From: Bispira polyomma
Lineage: Eukaryota
DNA: 64,000 nucleotides
Assembly (NCBI GenBank): GCA_965649765.1
Contig: OZ287748.1
Span: forward strand, 96,038,001 to 96,102,000
Reading direction: 5' to 3'
The position numbers and the translations under genes are program-made. A model generated the notes under the pieces. The model searched no databases. It was not told the origin of the DNA and saw nothing but the letters and a program-made list of their open reading frames with translations. This document shows positions 1 to 12,895 of this stretch, piece by piece (position 1 is the first letter of the stretch; each line of letters opens with the position of its first letter).

Positions 1-569
1 ACGTGTAAATATTGAGCAATCTTGTGAAATGTATCTCAAAATTACTTTGATCACAGTGGATTCAATAAAAGTCGAGCATAGCCTCTTGACAAGCCATATA
101 ATGTTTAATGTTAACACGCATGAATCAAAAATGGAAACATCACCAGTTTTGTTTGGAATTCTCAATCAACATTACTGGCTAAGTGGTCAATAAAATCCAA
201 ATTGATGATCAGAATTGATGACCAAATAATACCTGAAGTTAATGAAGTTTAGTGGGGAAATTTGAAAAGCTCAAAGAAAAAAAGATAAAAAGCAACAAGT
301 GTTTCCAGAGGGTATATATAATAAAACAAATTGATATACAACTTTTTGGTATCTTCTATGTTCTATGTTTATATGCATCATACAACTTACAATAGTACTT
401 GTACAAATGAATATCATCAATATGTACCCCATAAAAGCTACTTCCTAAAATATATAAACCTGGGTTCTTATGTGTAAAAGCACAAATCATTCAGAGAGAA
501 TTAGATGGTCACAAAGTCTCTTTGTATTAATATAGCAGATCACATGTATAAAAGAGTGATATTGGTACA

Positions 570-3500
570 ATGTTTCCCTGGATCTATTTCTCACATCTCT
601 GCTGCATAAGTGTCCTCGCAGTTGTTTCTGATGGAGGATTTGAAAAAGCACAACCCATAATAAAAAAACTTAATGTAAGTTGAAGTTATAGTATATCTTA
701 TGGTCAGAAGTATTCTCAATGCACATTAATAGTGGGGACAAATTAGAAAGGAAACACATTTGTAGATCTAAATATTCATCCGATTTCAAAGTGCGTTCAT
801 TGATGTGTTATGGGAGATAAAATTTTCAAATGGAAAATTCAATTATGTACCTCTCAAAATAAGTCAGGCTTACATGTCTATAATAAGTATTTAATGTGCA
901 AAATGCACTACTCTTGTGAATTAGAAAATATCTTTATTCATGTGACTGTTTTGACAATTCAAAGCTACAATAATTGAGCATAGTTACTTTATTTAGTTGA
1001 TTAGACATTACTGTAATATATAAATATGAACATTGTCGACATGTAAATTATTGTCAGGCAAAATGATTTTATTAGCCTTCCTATATTACACATACTTATT
1101 TGTTTAAGTCAACATATAATTTCATTTACAAATACTTGGTAGTTTTGAACAGTATTATCTAACCCATATGAATTGGCCTTAAATTTATAAAGCTTTTTGA
1201 CAACAAGGTTACTGTGACCTAACCGTGATGCAAAGTTGAAAATGGTATAACCTTTAGTTGTGGTATTTTTCTAGGAACAATATGAATCCCTCACAATTGA
1301 ACAAATGAAAGATTGGATGAGCCCTCACTGTTTATCAAAGGTTATGAATCAACCACGTGGTCACACTATTGAAGTGGAATCAGCTGACAGTGTTTCTGGC
1401 TATATTCAGAATATTGCTAAGGACACTCAAAGTCTGGCTATATACATAACAAAAGAGAGCAGGAGTACAGGAACTATAGATTTATCAGGCATACAAAAGT
1501 TGACAAACCTAAAAAGGTTGTGTTTGACCATTCCATCTGACAATGATGAACCAGATATGTTCTTATCTAGCATAAAATACAACAAGAATATATCTGTAAC
1601 TTCACTACCCCTAAGAGAGTTGTTTATTGAAATACCTCTAAAATTATATGGTCATTATATGGACGATCTGCCCAACCTATTGGGTCATTCATCTCATATC
1701 AAAGTATTAAAGCTTCAGAGGCTTCAATTTGCAAGTGACATCTCTCACATGTTTAATCCATTGAAAAATTCAACACTTGTGGCATTGTCTTTCCAAACCC
1801 TCAAATGTGTTGCACTAAAATGCCAAACATTTGATATACAAACCATGGAAATCCTGCAGTCTTGCAATCTCAAGTATTTAGATATTAGCAGAAATGAAGT
1901 CATTGAATTAGCTGGAGGTTATATTATTCAAATGAAAAACTTAAAATACTTGGACTTGTCAAACAATCTCTTTGGTAAAACCGCATTTGCTTACATGTGG
2001 TTAGAGGTTTTACTGCATCAATCATTGGAGGTATTTACTTTTAACAACTTAGAAGTTCAAGACCCAATTAATAGTAAGAGGCAGGAAAGAAGTGCTACTA
2101 AAATATTGGGTGTTTGCTTAAGACACCTTAACATTAGCAGTGTCTTTAGTATCAATTTTGCAGATGAAGCAAAATACTGTAAGTTATTAAAATGTTTGGT
2201 GAAAACTGATTCTATACCTTGTGACAGATTCTCAACATTTCCCCAATTATTGTCATTGGTTGATTTCACTTGTACTCCAATAATTCGATTTCCAGTATTA
2301 AAATCAATGAAAGAGATTGTTATTTCCGGTTGGATTCAGAATGCATTATATGGAAATAGAGAGATGTATGGAGAACAAAGAATACATTGTTTTGACAATG
2401 TTTCACTGCATAAATTGGAGTTTTCTTGGAATAAAGTATTGTCACAAAATGCAATGACAGAAGATTATGTTAATAATGCGGAACTATCTGGCATAACGGT
2501 AGACATTTTAGATTTACGTCATAATGGTATGAAAATAAATCTTTCAAATCAAACAAAATTCTTTAGGTATCTCGGTACAAAACAACTTTACCTTGCAGGA
2601 AATGAGATATCTTTCAATGGTCAGTATAATTTTTGTGAATACAATCCGCTATTAGAAATAATAGACTTATCAAAGACAAGTTTATCAAGTATTCCACATG
2701 ATGCCTTTTACAACTGCAGTCATGTCAAACTCATAGACCTGTCAGACAACAAATTGACTTCACTAGAATTTTCTTTTCATCAGGACAGCAAACTTAAGCT
2801 TTTAAATCTTAGTTTTAATCAAATACATACAATTGGTGAAGAACTAATTCAAAGTTTGTCTACTTTATCAACTAAACAACCTTTATTGATAGATTTGGCT
2901 GAAAATATGTTCCACTGTGATTGTACAAGCCTTAAAACCATGACATTTATCAACAGCTACGAGCAAATTATAATTGCCAATGAAAAACTTTTGTGCATTG
3001 GAAATTTGGATGGTAAAACCTTCTTTCAAAGTATTATTGATATAAACATGGGAGACTTCTCACAAGCATGTCTTAATGATAATACCAGAATCATAGTTAT
3101 ATCATCTATGATTAATATATGCTTCTTTGTTGTTGCTATAAGCATATTTTTGGGCTACAAATACCGTTATCGTCTTAGAACCTGGTACTTCCACAAAATC
3201 TCACTAAGATACCGAAAACACACAAATAGGAACCAAAATTTTGGATCGCTACTTCATGATGACATCTCAATGGACTGTTTTGATATTGATGGCACAAATA
3301 GAGATCAAGAGAAGTATGATGCTTTTATATCATACTGTGCAGAAGATCGTTTCTGGGTACATAATGTCTTAGTGAAAGAGCTAGAAGATAATTTTGGTTT
3401 TGATCTCTGCATTCATTATCGCAACTTTCTTGCTGGAAGAAGCATTGCCGATGAAATTGTTAAAAACATTAAATGTAGCCGTGTGCTGTTAGTTGTATTA

Positions 3501-3866
3501 AGTGTAAATGCATTGAAGAGTAATTGGGTGGAATATGAACTTAACGTTGCTCATACTAATTCACTCATTTACAGGAAACAGCTTCTCGTCTTAAAGTTAG
3601 GTTCATTACCACGAAACCTCTTAAATGGTGTAGCACGACAAATTATTGACAGCAATGTATATGCTGAATGGCCAGATCTTGAATATGAAGCTAGGAGATA
3701 TGATTCTAGAAATGGTCCCTCAAGATGTAACTTAAAAAAGACCAATCAAAAGAAGGAAGAGCAGTTTTGGTATAAGGTCACCCGTACTATGTATAATGAT
3801 GATCATGGTCCTTGTTCTGCATCCTTATCATGTTGTACAAAGCGAGAAGTAATAACTAATGAGTAG
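570..3866 (+). CDS. Toll-like receptor copy 1, two coding exons join(570..674,1275..3866), 898 aa: signal peptide, LRRs, LRR-CT, TM, TIR
   Basis: Exon 1 (ATG at 570) encodes MFPWIYFSHLCCISVLAVVSDGG..., a signal-peptide-like sequence, and ends at a GTAAGT donor (675). The acceptor ttttctAG ends at 1274 and opens in frame (EQYESLTIEQ) into the 853-aa ORF. LRRs include LKYLDLSNN, VKLIDLSDNKLT and LKLLNLSFNQI. LRR-CT is NMFHCDC and the TM is IIVISSMINICFFVVAISIFLGY. TIR boxes are KYDAFISY, CIHYRNFLAG and FWYKV. The same exon structure recurs in copy 2. Confidence 0.93.
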
Positions 3867-4342
3867 ATATGTAACTTCACCAATTTATCTTGAATCTTAA
3901 CTTATGTTAACTTGATGTTTGAAACAATAGCAAAATATACTTTCCAAACCTTGAAATTGGTTTCAGCACAGAAAGATAGAGACAAAATAATTTATATATA
4001 ATTAACTTTAATTATCAATACTTATATAAATCACTATCATCACTATAGATGTTGCTTATTACATGTTTTGTATGACTATGTGATGATTTAAAAATGAAAA
4101 TGTATATATTTAAACAACAATGTAATTTGCTAAATGCATCCTTGAATGTGTTAAATATTACTCGTTTTCAAATGACTGAATCACTATGTGCAGATTTTAT
4201 GTAGTTTAAGTTGCCATATGTGTATACACAAATGTTATTGGATAAACAGACAATCAAGTACAAATAAATTTAATCCCTATTCATTTGGGTTTTGTGTGTT
4301 TCTATTGTCTTTTATACAAGAAAAAACTTCAATAGACATTCG

Positions 4343-5120
4343 GCCAAATAAGAACCATGATATAGATGTTGTCCAAAATCGTGCTATTGGATATTTCATG
4401 GGTGTTTATAAATTGACACCAGTCCCTGTCCTACATGGTGATATGGGATGGTTAACCCCAAAAAGTCGCCATAATAAATGTATACTCAGATTGTGGAACA
4501 GCCTAATAAAAATGGGAGATAATAGAATTACGAAGATGGTGGATGGTGGTCTCATGTTTCAAAAATTGCCAATTCTCTGGGTCTTGAAAGTGTATATAAC
4601 TCAAAAGAATCTTTTGACTTGAATAATATAGATTCTATACTTCTTAATGAATGTCAGGAAAAATGGCTCACAAGCGTTAAATCAAAACCTAAACTTAGGT
4701 CATATGAACTATATAAAAGCAATTTTGAAACAGAACATACCTCTTCTTTAATTTGACAAAGAGAGAGATCTTTACTTGTACAATTTTGTACTGGTATACT
4801 CCCCTTAAGGATTAAGACCGGTAGATTTCACAATATAAAAGACCCTGTAACAGGAAAACTTTGTAGATATAAACCTGAGGAACGGCTGTGTCAAGTTTGT
4901 CAATCGAATGAAGCTGAGGATGAAATGCATTTTTTATGTACCTGTACCCAATATAATTCTCTCAGAAAAGAACTATATAAAAAACTATTGCAAGAGAACA
5001 AAACTTAACAAATCTAAATGTACAAGAAAAATTTGTATATCTTATGCAATACTGTACCTATAATCTTGTGAAATATGTGCTTAAAGCATGGAATGTTAGA
5101 AACCAAAATTTATTTATATA
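4343..5120 (+). mobile_element. Degenerate 3' fragment of a non-LTR retrotransposon (RTEX-like C-terminus)
   Basis: Broken frames give VQNRAIGYFMGV...GDMGW, KPKLRSY, TGILPLRIKTGRF and the zinc motif ERLCQVCQSNEAEDEMHFLCTC. It is absent at the paralogous position after TLR copy 2 (about 36763). Confidence 0.7.
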
Positions 5121-5624
5121 GAAAATTTATACTTTCATGTATGTATCTTTTTTTGTATTTAAAAATGTTTAAATTTTTTGAAACACTGTGTAACCAAATT
5201 GTGTTGAATGTGATGCATAAGCCCTATATGAGGCTTGGCAACTGAAAAGTGTATTGCTTAATATGACTGATACTGTAATGTTGCATATCACTTTAATAAC
5301 CTTTCCTTTAGGTGCAATGAAAATTCAATTTTAAATATTTATCAGCCTCGGGCAGAATATCTCATTGAAGCCTTCAAGTAATAAGTTTTTGAATGTTCTC
5401 TCTGTTACCATTGAATATACCTGGGAATATAAATGCCTTTGCCAACAAACCTAAAAAGTGGTTGATAGATATACAAACAAGTGTTTCAAGAACAAGGGAT
5501 TTAATTTTAATTTGGAGTAATTCATCTAAGGTTGGACTGGGAAAAGACAGTTTTGAGAGTTGATAGATAGATTTGAGTATCATCAGCCTACAACTACGCT
5601 AAGGGGATGTGTGTAAGGGTAAAC

Positions 5625-6090
5625 ACGACTTCAGACGGCAAAGGTGTTTTCAGTACCAGATGCTAAGAATGGCTTCTATCACATTAAACTAGATAAGGAG
5701 AGCAGCTATCTAACCACCTTTTGGACACCCTTCGAAAGATACCGATGGCTCAGAATGCATTTTGAAATATCATCAGCACCAGAAGAGTACCAACGCAGAC
5801 AGCACGAAATCCTTGCAGGGCTTGAAGGGGTCGAAGTTATAGGGGATGATATACTTGTCATAGGCTTTGGTGATACAGATGATACAGGAACTCGAGATCA
5901 CAACAAGAAACTTGAAGCACTCTTACAGTGGACAAGAAAAACCAACTGAAGCTTAACAGACGGCAAATGAAACTCTGTTTATCTGAAGTGTCATACATGG
6001 GTTATTTACTAACTTCCAGTGGGTTGAAGCCAGACCTAGAAAAAATTGAAGCTGTAACTGATATGCCACAATCCCAGAATAAGCAAGACC
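5625..6090 (+). mobile_element. Ty3/Gypsy reverse transcriptase fragment
   Basis: FSVPDAKNGFYHIKLD...TTFWTPFERYRWLRMHFEISSAPEEYQRR...IGDDILV, continuing after a frameshift into LKLNRRQMKL...VSYMGYLLTSSGLKPD. No LTRs seen. Confidence 0.85.
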
Positions 6091-6686
6091 TTATAAGCAA
6101 GACCTTAAGAATCCTTATTCCTAAATGAAATCTTTTCCTATTTATATTTTAAAAGGAGTGGTTACTACACTTTGTATTCTCAAATTTGGTTCTCACATAA
6201 TTTATAAGCATGGATTACTATGAATGTGATTTAGACCTCACTACAGGACCCTGGATTTAAACAGTGCAGATAAATCACGGGCTTAGCTCCCACTTATCAG
6301 TACTAAAAAGTAATAATTATTTGACTCATATTTTCAGTGTTATTTTGTTACTCAAATTATTGATTATAGTGAATATTGATTATGTTGATTATTTTGTAGA
6401 TTGTTTTTTAGTTTTATCATCTTACAAATAATAATGTGGCACCTACTTTCTATCATTAAGGTTTCACTAGGTGTATGGCTTTTTTGTTTCTTTCTGTTAA
6501 GAAATTATGTTGCCTGCTTTGGCTCACTTAATTATGCACACCTTAGTTAATGTCTGTGCTGCTAAATCTATGTTTCTTTTAAATTGGGGTTTCTATTTAT
6601 ATGTTTTTACTCATCATTACTCTACCACAATGGTGCATGGCCAGTGGTATAAATTTGACTGAATTTTACGTGGTTTAGTGTTATCA

Positions 6687-9600
6687 CAGTCCCCACCCCA
6701 CCAAGCCAGAGGATAATAAATAAGACATCTGCGGTTACTCTTTTATTATATATATGCAATCTCTAATACTACTATATATTTACAGATCAATCATGATTAT
6801 GCACGGTTATACATACTTTACACATTATTACATAAGCCACATTGGTCACAAACTTATTGTGACCATAACTTAAACTAGGATCACTTTAAGGGGATCTAAC
6901 TTGACTTTACGATAACCTTAAATTGAGTCACTACTTTAAGGGGACCTTAACAAATTTGTGCTAAAAGTGGGCACCACTCCAAGGTGACCTTAACTGTTAC
7001 ATAATGATTTTTTACATTATTTACATTTCTGGTTAGTGACCTCATAGTGTCACCATAACTACATGTGTAGGTATATTACACGAATACTTGAGTATTACAT
7101 TTGTACGTATAAGATTTAAACTCAATATAACATTAAAAAACCCTCAAAGCCCAACCTGTAATACATTTATTGCATTTTATCTAGAGCATTCCGTAGTGAT
7201 GTAGCCACAGTTTCACTCATACGGGACTCACCATGAATATATCTCCACACACAATCCGACGTCCAGCGTTGTATGCAAACGAGACACCTGGAAAGTGTGG
7301 AAGGTATAGTGGTAAGGGGCCAAGCCCAGGTGTACGTTGATTTTTGACAAGACCTTGCACACATGTGTGTCAGTTAGCACTTGCCATTGATGGTTAGATT
7401 TATACTGAAATAAGGGATCTAGCCTAGAAGCAGCATACAACTTGAATAGCAATTTTAAGGCCCTATATGGGCACAGTAGAGGGTCGGATAGCTTGGGAAG
7501 GGTAAGCAGATGTACTTTGTCACATGTTTGCAAGGTTTTTGTCCATTTGATTAATATTTTTACTGAATCTTTGGTAAAAAACAAATTAGCTGGGTTAAGA
7601 TGCCTAGTTGGATCAAAGGCCGAAATGGAGTGGGGGGATATGTTTGATATCCTCAAAAACCCTTGGTTGTCACATTTGATACACACTTTTTTCCCAGTCC
7701 AGTCAGCCTGAAATAACCTGGCAGCCAACGACACGTTGGCCATTTCTAAGTGCACAATATTAAGGTTCATATAATCTTTTGGGACTTGCAAATGGTACAC
7801 CCAATTCTTCCAGACACCCCCAAGTCCAGTTAAACATGCGTCCAACTCTAAAATGTGATCCACAGCCCTGTGGTCATACATTAAGATGCCATTGTATGAA
7901 GGAAGAAACATACTAAACCACCTCAGGTCTCTGTGAAAATTATTAGTGAGCTTGATACTACTTGAGTTATGAGGATTTCTTGATAATTCAAGCATTCTAT
8001 TGAGAAATGCACGAGCTGGTTTCACACATTTGTATATGTATAGTAGAAGCCCTAGCAGTGACTACAACTGACGTTTAGTACATGTGTTTTTTGTTAACCA
8101 GTTTTTAACTGTTTCTTGAATAGTAACTAATTTTTCCTTTGGTATTGAAATGGTATCTTCAACTGTCTCTATTGACACGCCCAAGCATACTGCCTGGGTT
8201 GCAGGTGTTATGAGACTTTTGTCACTGATATTTAAACCAAGATCTTGCAAGGTGCTAAATAAGCAATCATACGACAGAGGGCGTGCCATACCCGATAAAG
8301 TGGTCAATATAGTTTACGACACTGTAACCATGGCAATGCATAACGTAACGTACCATATCACTCAATCTTTGGAATATTTGGCTGCCATGACTACTTCCGA
8401 GTGGGAGGCACGTATCCATGTACACCCCCTGTCAATATAGGTCTAGGAGGTCATAGTCATGTGGGTATATTTTGACGTGCCTGAACGCACGGCTCACATC
8501 AATTTTGTGTAGTAGGGCACCCCTACCTAACTTGTTAAGTTCAGTAGTTATATGGTCAATTGTAGGGAAGGTCAACTTAAGCTTGACCCCAAATACTGGT
8601 TTTTGTCCACACTTGCGTTTACTGAGGCCTTTGGGGGCCAGCTAAGGTCAACTATTACCCTTCTATTGACCGAATTTGGTTTTTCTCTGCTCATGAACGG
8701 GGAGAAGTGCCCCCCTATAATTGGATGTTCAATAAAAGCACCTAATATGGCCCCATACTTGGCCTCTTCCTGCAAGTATACTTCAATGTCTTTTGGATGG
8801 TCAGTGGCCGACTTATGGTTATTGCCTTCCCACCTCAAAGGACACTGCCTATTAAAGTCTACCGGGAAACCAAATTCAATCAATTCCACCAACTGCTTAT
8901 CCCATTGAGATATGTGCGCCAATTTTTGACATTTAACTGTGAAACCAATGGTATTCGTGCATCTCTGAAGTTGTAATCTCCACTATTCTTGATTACCTCA
9001 TGTTGGTGAAAAGGATTAAGTATTGTTTGAGTGTTTCTTACTTGAGATTTGTCACTACCCATTGGATCAGACAAGGGGATAAACCCAAAGTCAAACTCTG
9101 ACTGAGTACGCCAAGCCTTAAAACTGGCCACATTGATCAAATTAGTACTGTCCATAACTGTTTCAACGGGCATGTCACCAATTATGTCAGTGAATGTCAC
9201 TTTGGTCAGTTTTTTCCAATTCCTTACCTTGTACCTTAAGTCTTGGCTGTCACCATCCTTACTAGTCGTAAGTGTTAAAGCCACGTCCATGTTTTTATTT
9301 GTGCCACCACTTTGGTTGTCTGTATAGGCCATTGTTCTTTTGGAATGAAAGACTTTACTAGTGACTCTATTGCTTTGCCTGTTTGGTGTCACTGTGCTTG
9401 TATACTTAAAACTTTGTTCACTTTTACATGCTAATAACGCCTGGGTTTCTTTTACATTAACACCAGTACGATAGAAGACTCTTGTTCTAAATACATTAGC
9501 CTGTACAACAGGAGAACCAGTGTATTTGACTTTCCCCAAGTCCACACCATTCTGTTCAACACATGCATTGGTACTAACCATATGATCATTTACTTGTTTT

Positions 9601-11417
9601 CTGCTGCCCTCACCCTGATCTAGACTTCAGCAGCTTGCTCGTTTTTGCGAACATTTTCTTTTTAGCAAATGTGCAATCTTTTTCAGGGTGATTTAATTCC
9701 CTTCCCCTGTCCAAACATGTTGAGCAAATATGTTTATGCATTTTTCCCCCTGTCTCATGATCTTTTGTGTGAGAGCAGCTACCGTTTTGAAAGTTTTTGC
9801 AAAACCAAGGTTTTCTGGTTGTTTCAGTACTTGTTGCCCAATTTGATTTACCCAATCCTGCTAGATGTTTTTGCGCATGCGTCCTGTGAATTCTATCTAT
9901 GCGAGATGTGTTTTGCCATGTCAAAGTGCCTCTCTCCATCTCGCACAACAGAACCGTGTGTGCCGCTTTAGCTCCCAGCCAGGAAAAATCTGTTGCGTCT
10001 TCCATAAGTTCAGACATGTACTGTACCATTTTGTCCTTAGTTTTACTATCATGTTCTTCTAAAATATTTTTACAGAAGCCCTGAACCCACTGTGTCAGTG
10101 ACAGCTGGTCATAAGCAAGTCCCCCCAAAATACATTCTTGAGGCCAGGCCACGCGTCGTTTGACAACCATGTCAACATTGCCCCTCCCTCCCCCCCCCCC
10201 CGTTTTAATTTAATTTTTGAGGTGAGAAATTTACCTGCCTGACATGCCCCTTCACATTCTAGTTCCCGTAACCTGCTGTCAACCTCCCTCTATGTCTTGA
10301 GAGGATCTTAACACAGACATAGTGGGTACCACAGATTTATCTGAAGAGGTGTCACTTTCACTTGATATCATTCTACTTTTGTAACTACTTTTACTCTTAC
10401 TATAATGTTTTTGACAATCTACATCACTATCACTTTCATTGTTTTTACTTTTCGACTTGCTTTTACTTTTACTGTAATGTTTTTGAGAAGCACTACTTAA
10501 CTTAGTATTGTACCGTCTGGCACTTGTGGTTTTCGCCCGCACATCTGTGACTTGTCCCTTGACCATGTCCAGTCGTGAATTCACCTTCTTGAGTTGCATC
10601 AGGATTTGCATCTGTACACTGTCCGTGTCCTCAACCGCTGACCCCGCCTTGTCCATCTCCAGACTCGCTGGCTGTGGTGTATTCTTCACTCCCTCTGCCT
10701 GTGAACTGCTACTGCCGTTGTCTGCCAAGGTGCACTTCTTCCCCGTGGATGGTGCGTGCCTGGTCATACATTTTTTGCACAATGTTTTATTGCACTTAGG
10801 CATTTTTAATTGTCAAAGTTATCTGAAATTTCTGAACAATATTCACAGCTCTCTGAACGCTGATGTGACAACTTCAAGCTTGTGACCAAAATTCGACCAA
10901 TTTGAACAACATTAACTAATTAAAATGATTTAGATTGTCCCTTTTAAGCTGCCCTTTCAGGCAATATAAGCATGAGGTTGTCAGATCAGCCGAGTGCACT
11001 CCAACTGTGTTCCAACTCCACTGAGTGAAAATTTCACAAGTACTATTCCATGTTCTAGTCCGTTTTTTAAGTCCAGTTTATATATGCACAATCACTAAAA
11101 CGGACTAAAAACGTAAAAACAGTTTGCAAAATTGATAAAAGCTTTTGTAAATATAAAAACCAGTTCTAAACAATTCAAGCACGTCTGTGCCATTCGATCT
11201 CAAGTTTTAAACTGAAGCTAAGTCACAAATGGGAGGTGAACCCTGACACTTGGGCTAATCAGAATTTAAGATAATAAACAATTTGAACCCCTAACAACCA
11301 GTGGAAATCCCATAATGTCATAACCTTTTTACCTGTTAAAATTAGTCTGGTAACTTAAGCAGATTTTTAAAGGGTGAGGCAGGACTGACTCCCGTGAAGC
11401 CTAAACACCACGAGTGA
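6687..11417 (-). mobile_element. YR retrotransposon element 1 (Ngaro-like proteins, atypical ends), 4731 bp, defective
   Basis: Gag pieces at 10803..9610 (CKKCMTRH; C-terminal CKNFQNGSC...HICSTC...H...C). Pol at 9581..7670 (RRVIVDLSWP, LELDACLTG, VHLEM, CDNQ). YR at about 7665..7170 (FLRISN, KWTKT, FHTF, WTSDCVWRY). An internal deletion fuses RNase H to YR. Ends are defined by the empty site gttgtca|aagcaagc at 46100/46101. Confidence 0.92.
6843..7057. repeat. Array of about 11 degenerate TAAGGTNACCTTA palindromes, element 1 3' region
   Basis: Examples: taggatcacttta 6876, tacgataacctta 6908, taaggggacctta 6937, agtgggcaccact 6966, caaggtgacctta 6980. Confidence 0.8.
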
Positions 11418-12895
11418 AAGCAAGCAAGTTGAACGTTAAAGTTAATCATAAGTAGAACAAATATAGTGGATAATGGACATCAGGCTAGTATTCTCAAAAT
11501 AAACTCATGCTCAAACTCAGTTAACAAAAATGTATGCTGTGTACATGGTAATAACCTATACTTGGACCATTCATTCTAATAGAGCTTTCAAGATTGGAAT
11601 CAAATATAAACTCAAGTTAAGATAAGTTTACTGTATCCAGAGTTGTCGAGAATCCTGGTTTGAGTTGAGTATCAGTTTGGGCTAAGTATGAGCCTAGAGT
11701 TACATAGAGTCTACTGTCTGTATTTCAAAAAACAATTAAGTAGGACCTCTGTCATCAGAACTATCTTTTAAGAACTGTATTTTATGTGGACAATGGCTTG
11801 TTTATGAAATATAAAAAGCATTTTAGTGAAATTTAAGCGTATGAATGTCAAGACATTGGGAATATGTTCATGAAAAATATAATGTGTATTTAGATAGTAA
11901 ATCTATAAATGGTATGAAGGTTTGTATTTAAATACCTACATGTAATTTAGACTATTCAGAATCTTACAAGTAACTTTCTCAATCATAAGCAACGTAAAAT
12001 TATATTTGTATACTTCTTACTAAAAATCAGAAAATAAATATGACACAGATGAATGTCCTCATTAGAAAATTTCAAAATGTTTAAATAGGAGGCAGATGAA
12101 TTTCCTAATATTGGAAAGTTCCACAATGTTTACTTTTGCTAAAAAATCAGAATATTAATAGGATGCAGAAGAATTTTTTTATATTGGAAAGTCCAAAAAT
12201 GTTTAAAAGATAACTTCAGAAAAAGTTCATAGTAACCTTTGGAAATGTTATAGATTGACAAGGTATTTTCTACCTCTGTACAATGAAATGATTACTGTCA
12301 TGGTTAATAGATTTGTTTAATTTGTTATGTGCATTTGTTTTTGCCTTCTGTGTTTTTAACCAGGCAGTCAAAGAGAACTATTGGGTTCGAATTTCAGGGA
12401 ATTTATATGTTTATCATCATTGATACCTCTCTTGGTAAATATGCATATAATTATTAGTACTCTGGTCAAAAGAGTTTATCAAATTTAATTAATGCTTTAT
12501 TGTTCAACATGTTAAAAATAGACCTGAAAACCTTTGCCCAATTACTTCCTCGAACTCTGTTCATGTAAGTTATATTTTTCTATATTTAGAAACTTTATGC
12601 AAGCTTCCTTATATGTAGTCTGGTCTTTAAAGGTAAAAAAGCTAAAAAAAAAAATACATTAGAAATTTCTGATACACCATAGTGCACAAGAATAGACAAT
12701 TTGAGAAAATGATTTTGAAAACTACCAAGATCATTTTTCTGAAAATAGTTTCAGTGCCCCGGGAAGGACGGCCAAATTTTTATAACTATAATGAAAATAA
12801 TTTGGTATAAGTTTGGAAGCAGAACACAGTTTGCGGTTAAAATATTTATTAAAAATTCCAGCTAGTCTTACTATGTACAGTTGTGTTTCAGGGCA

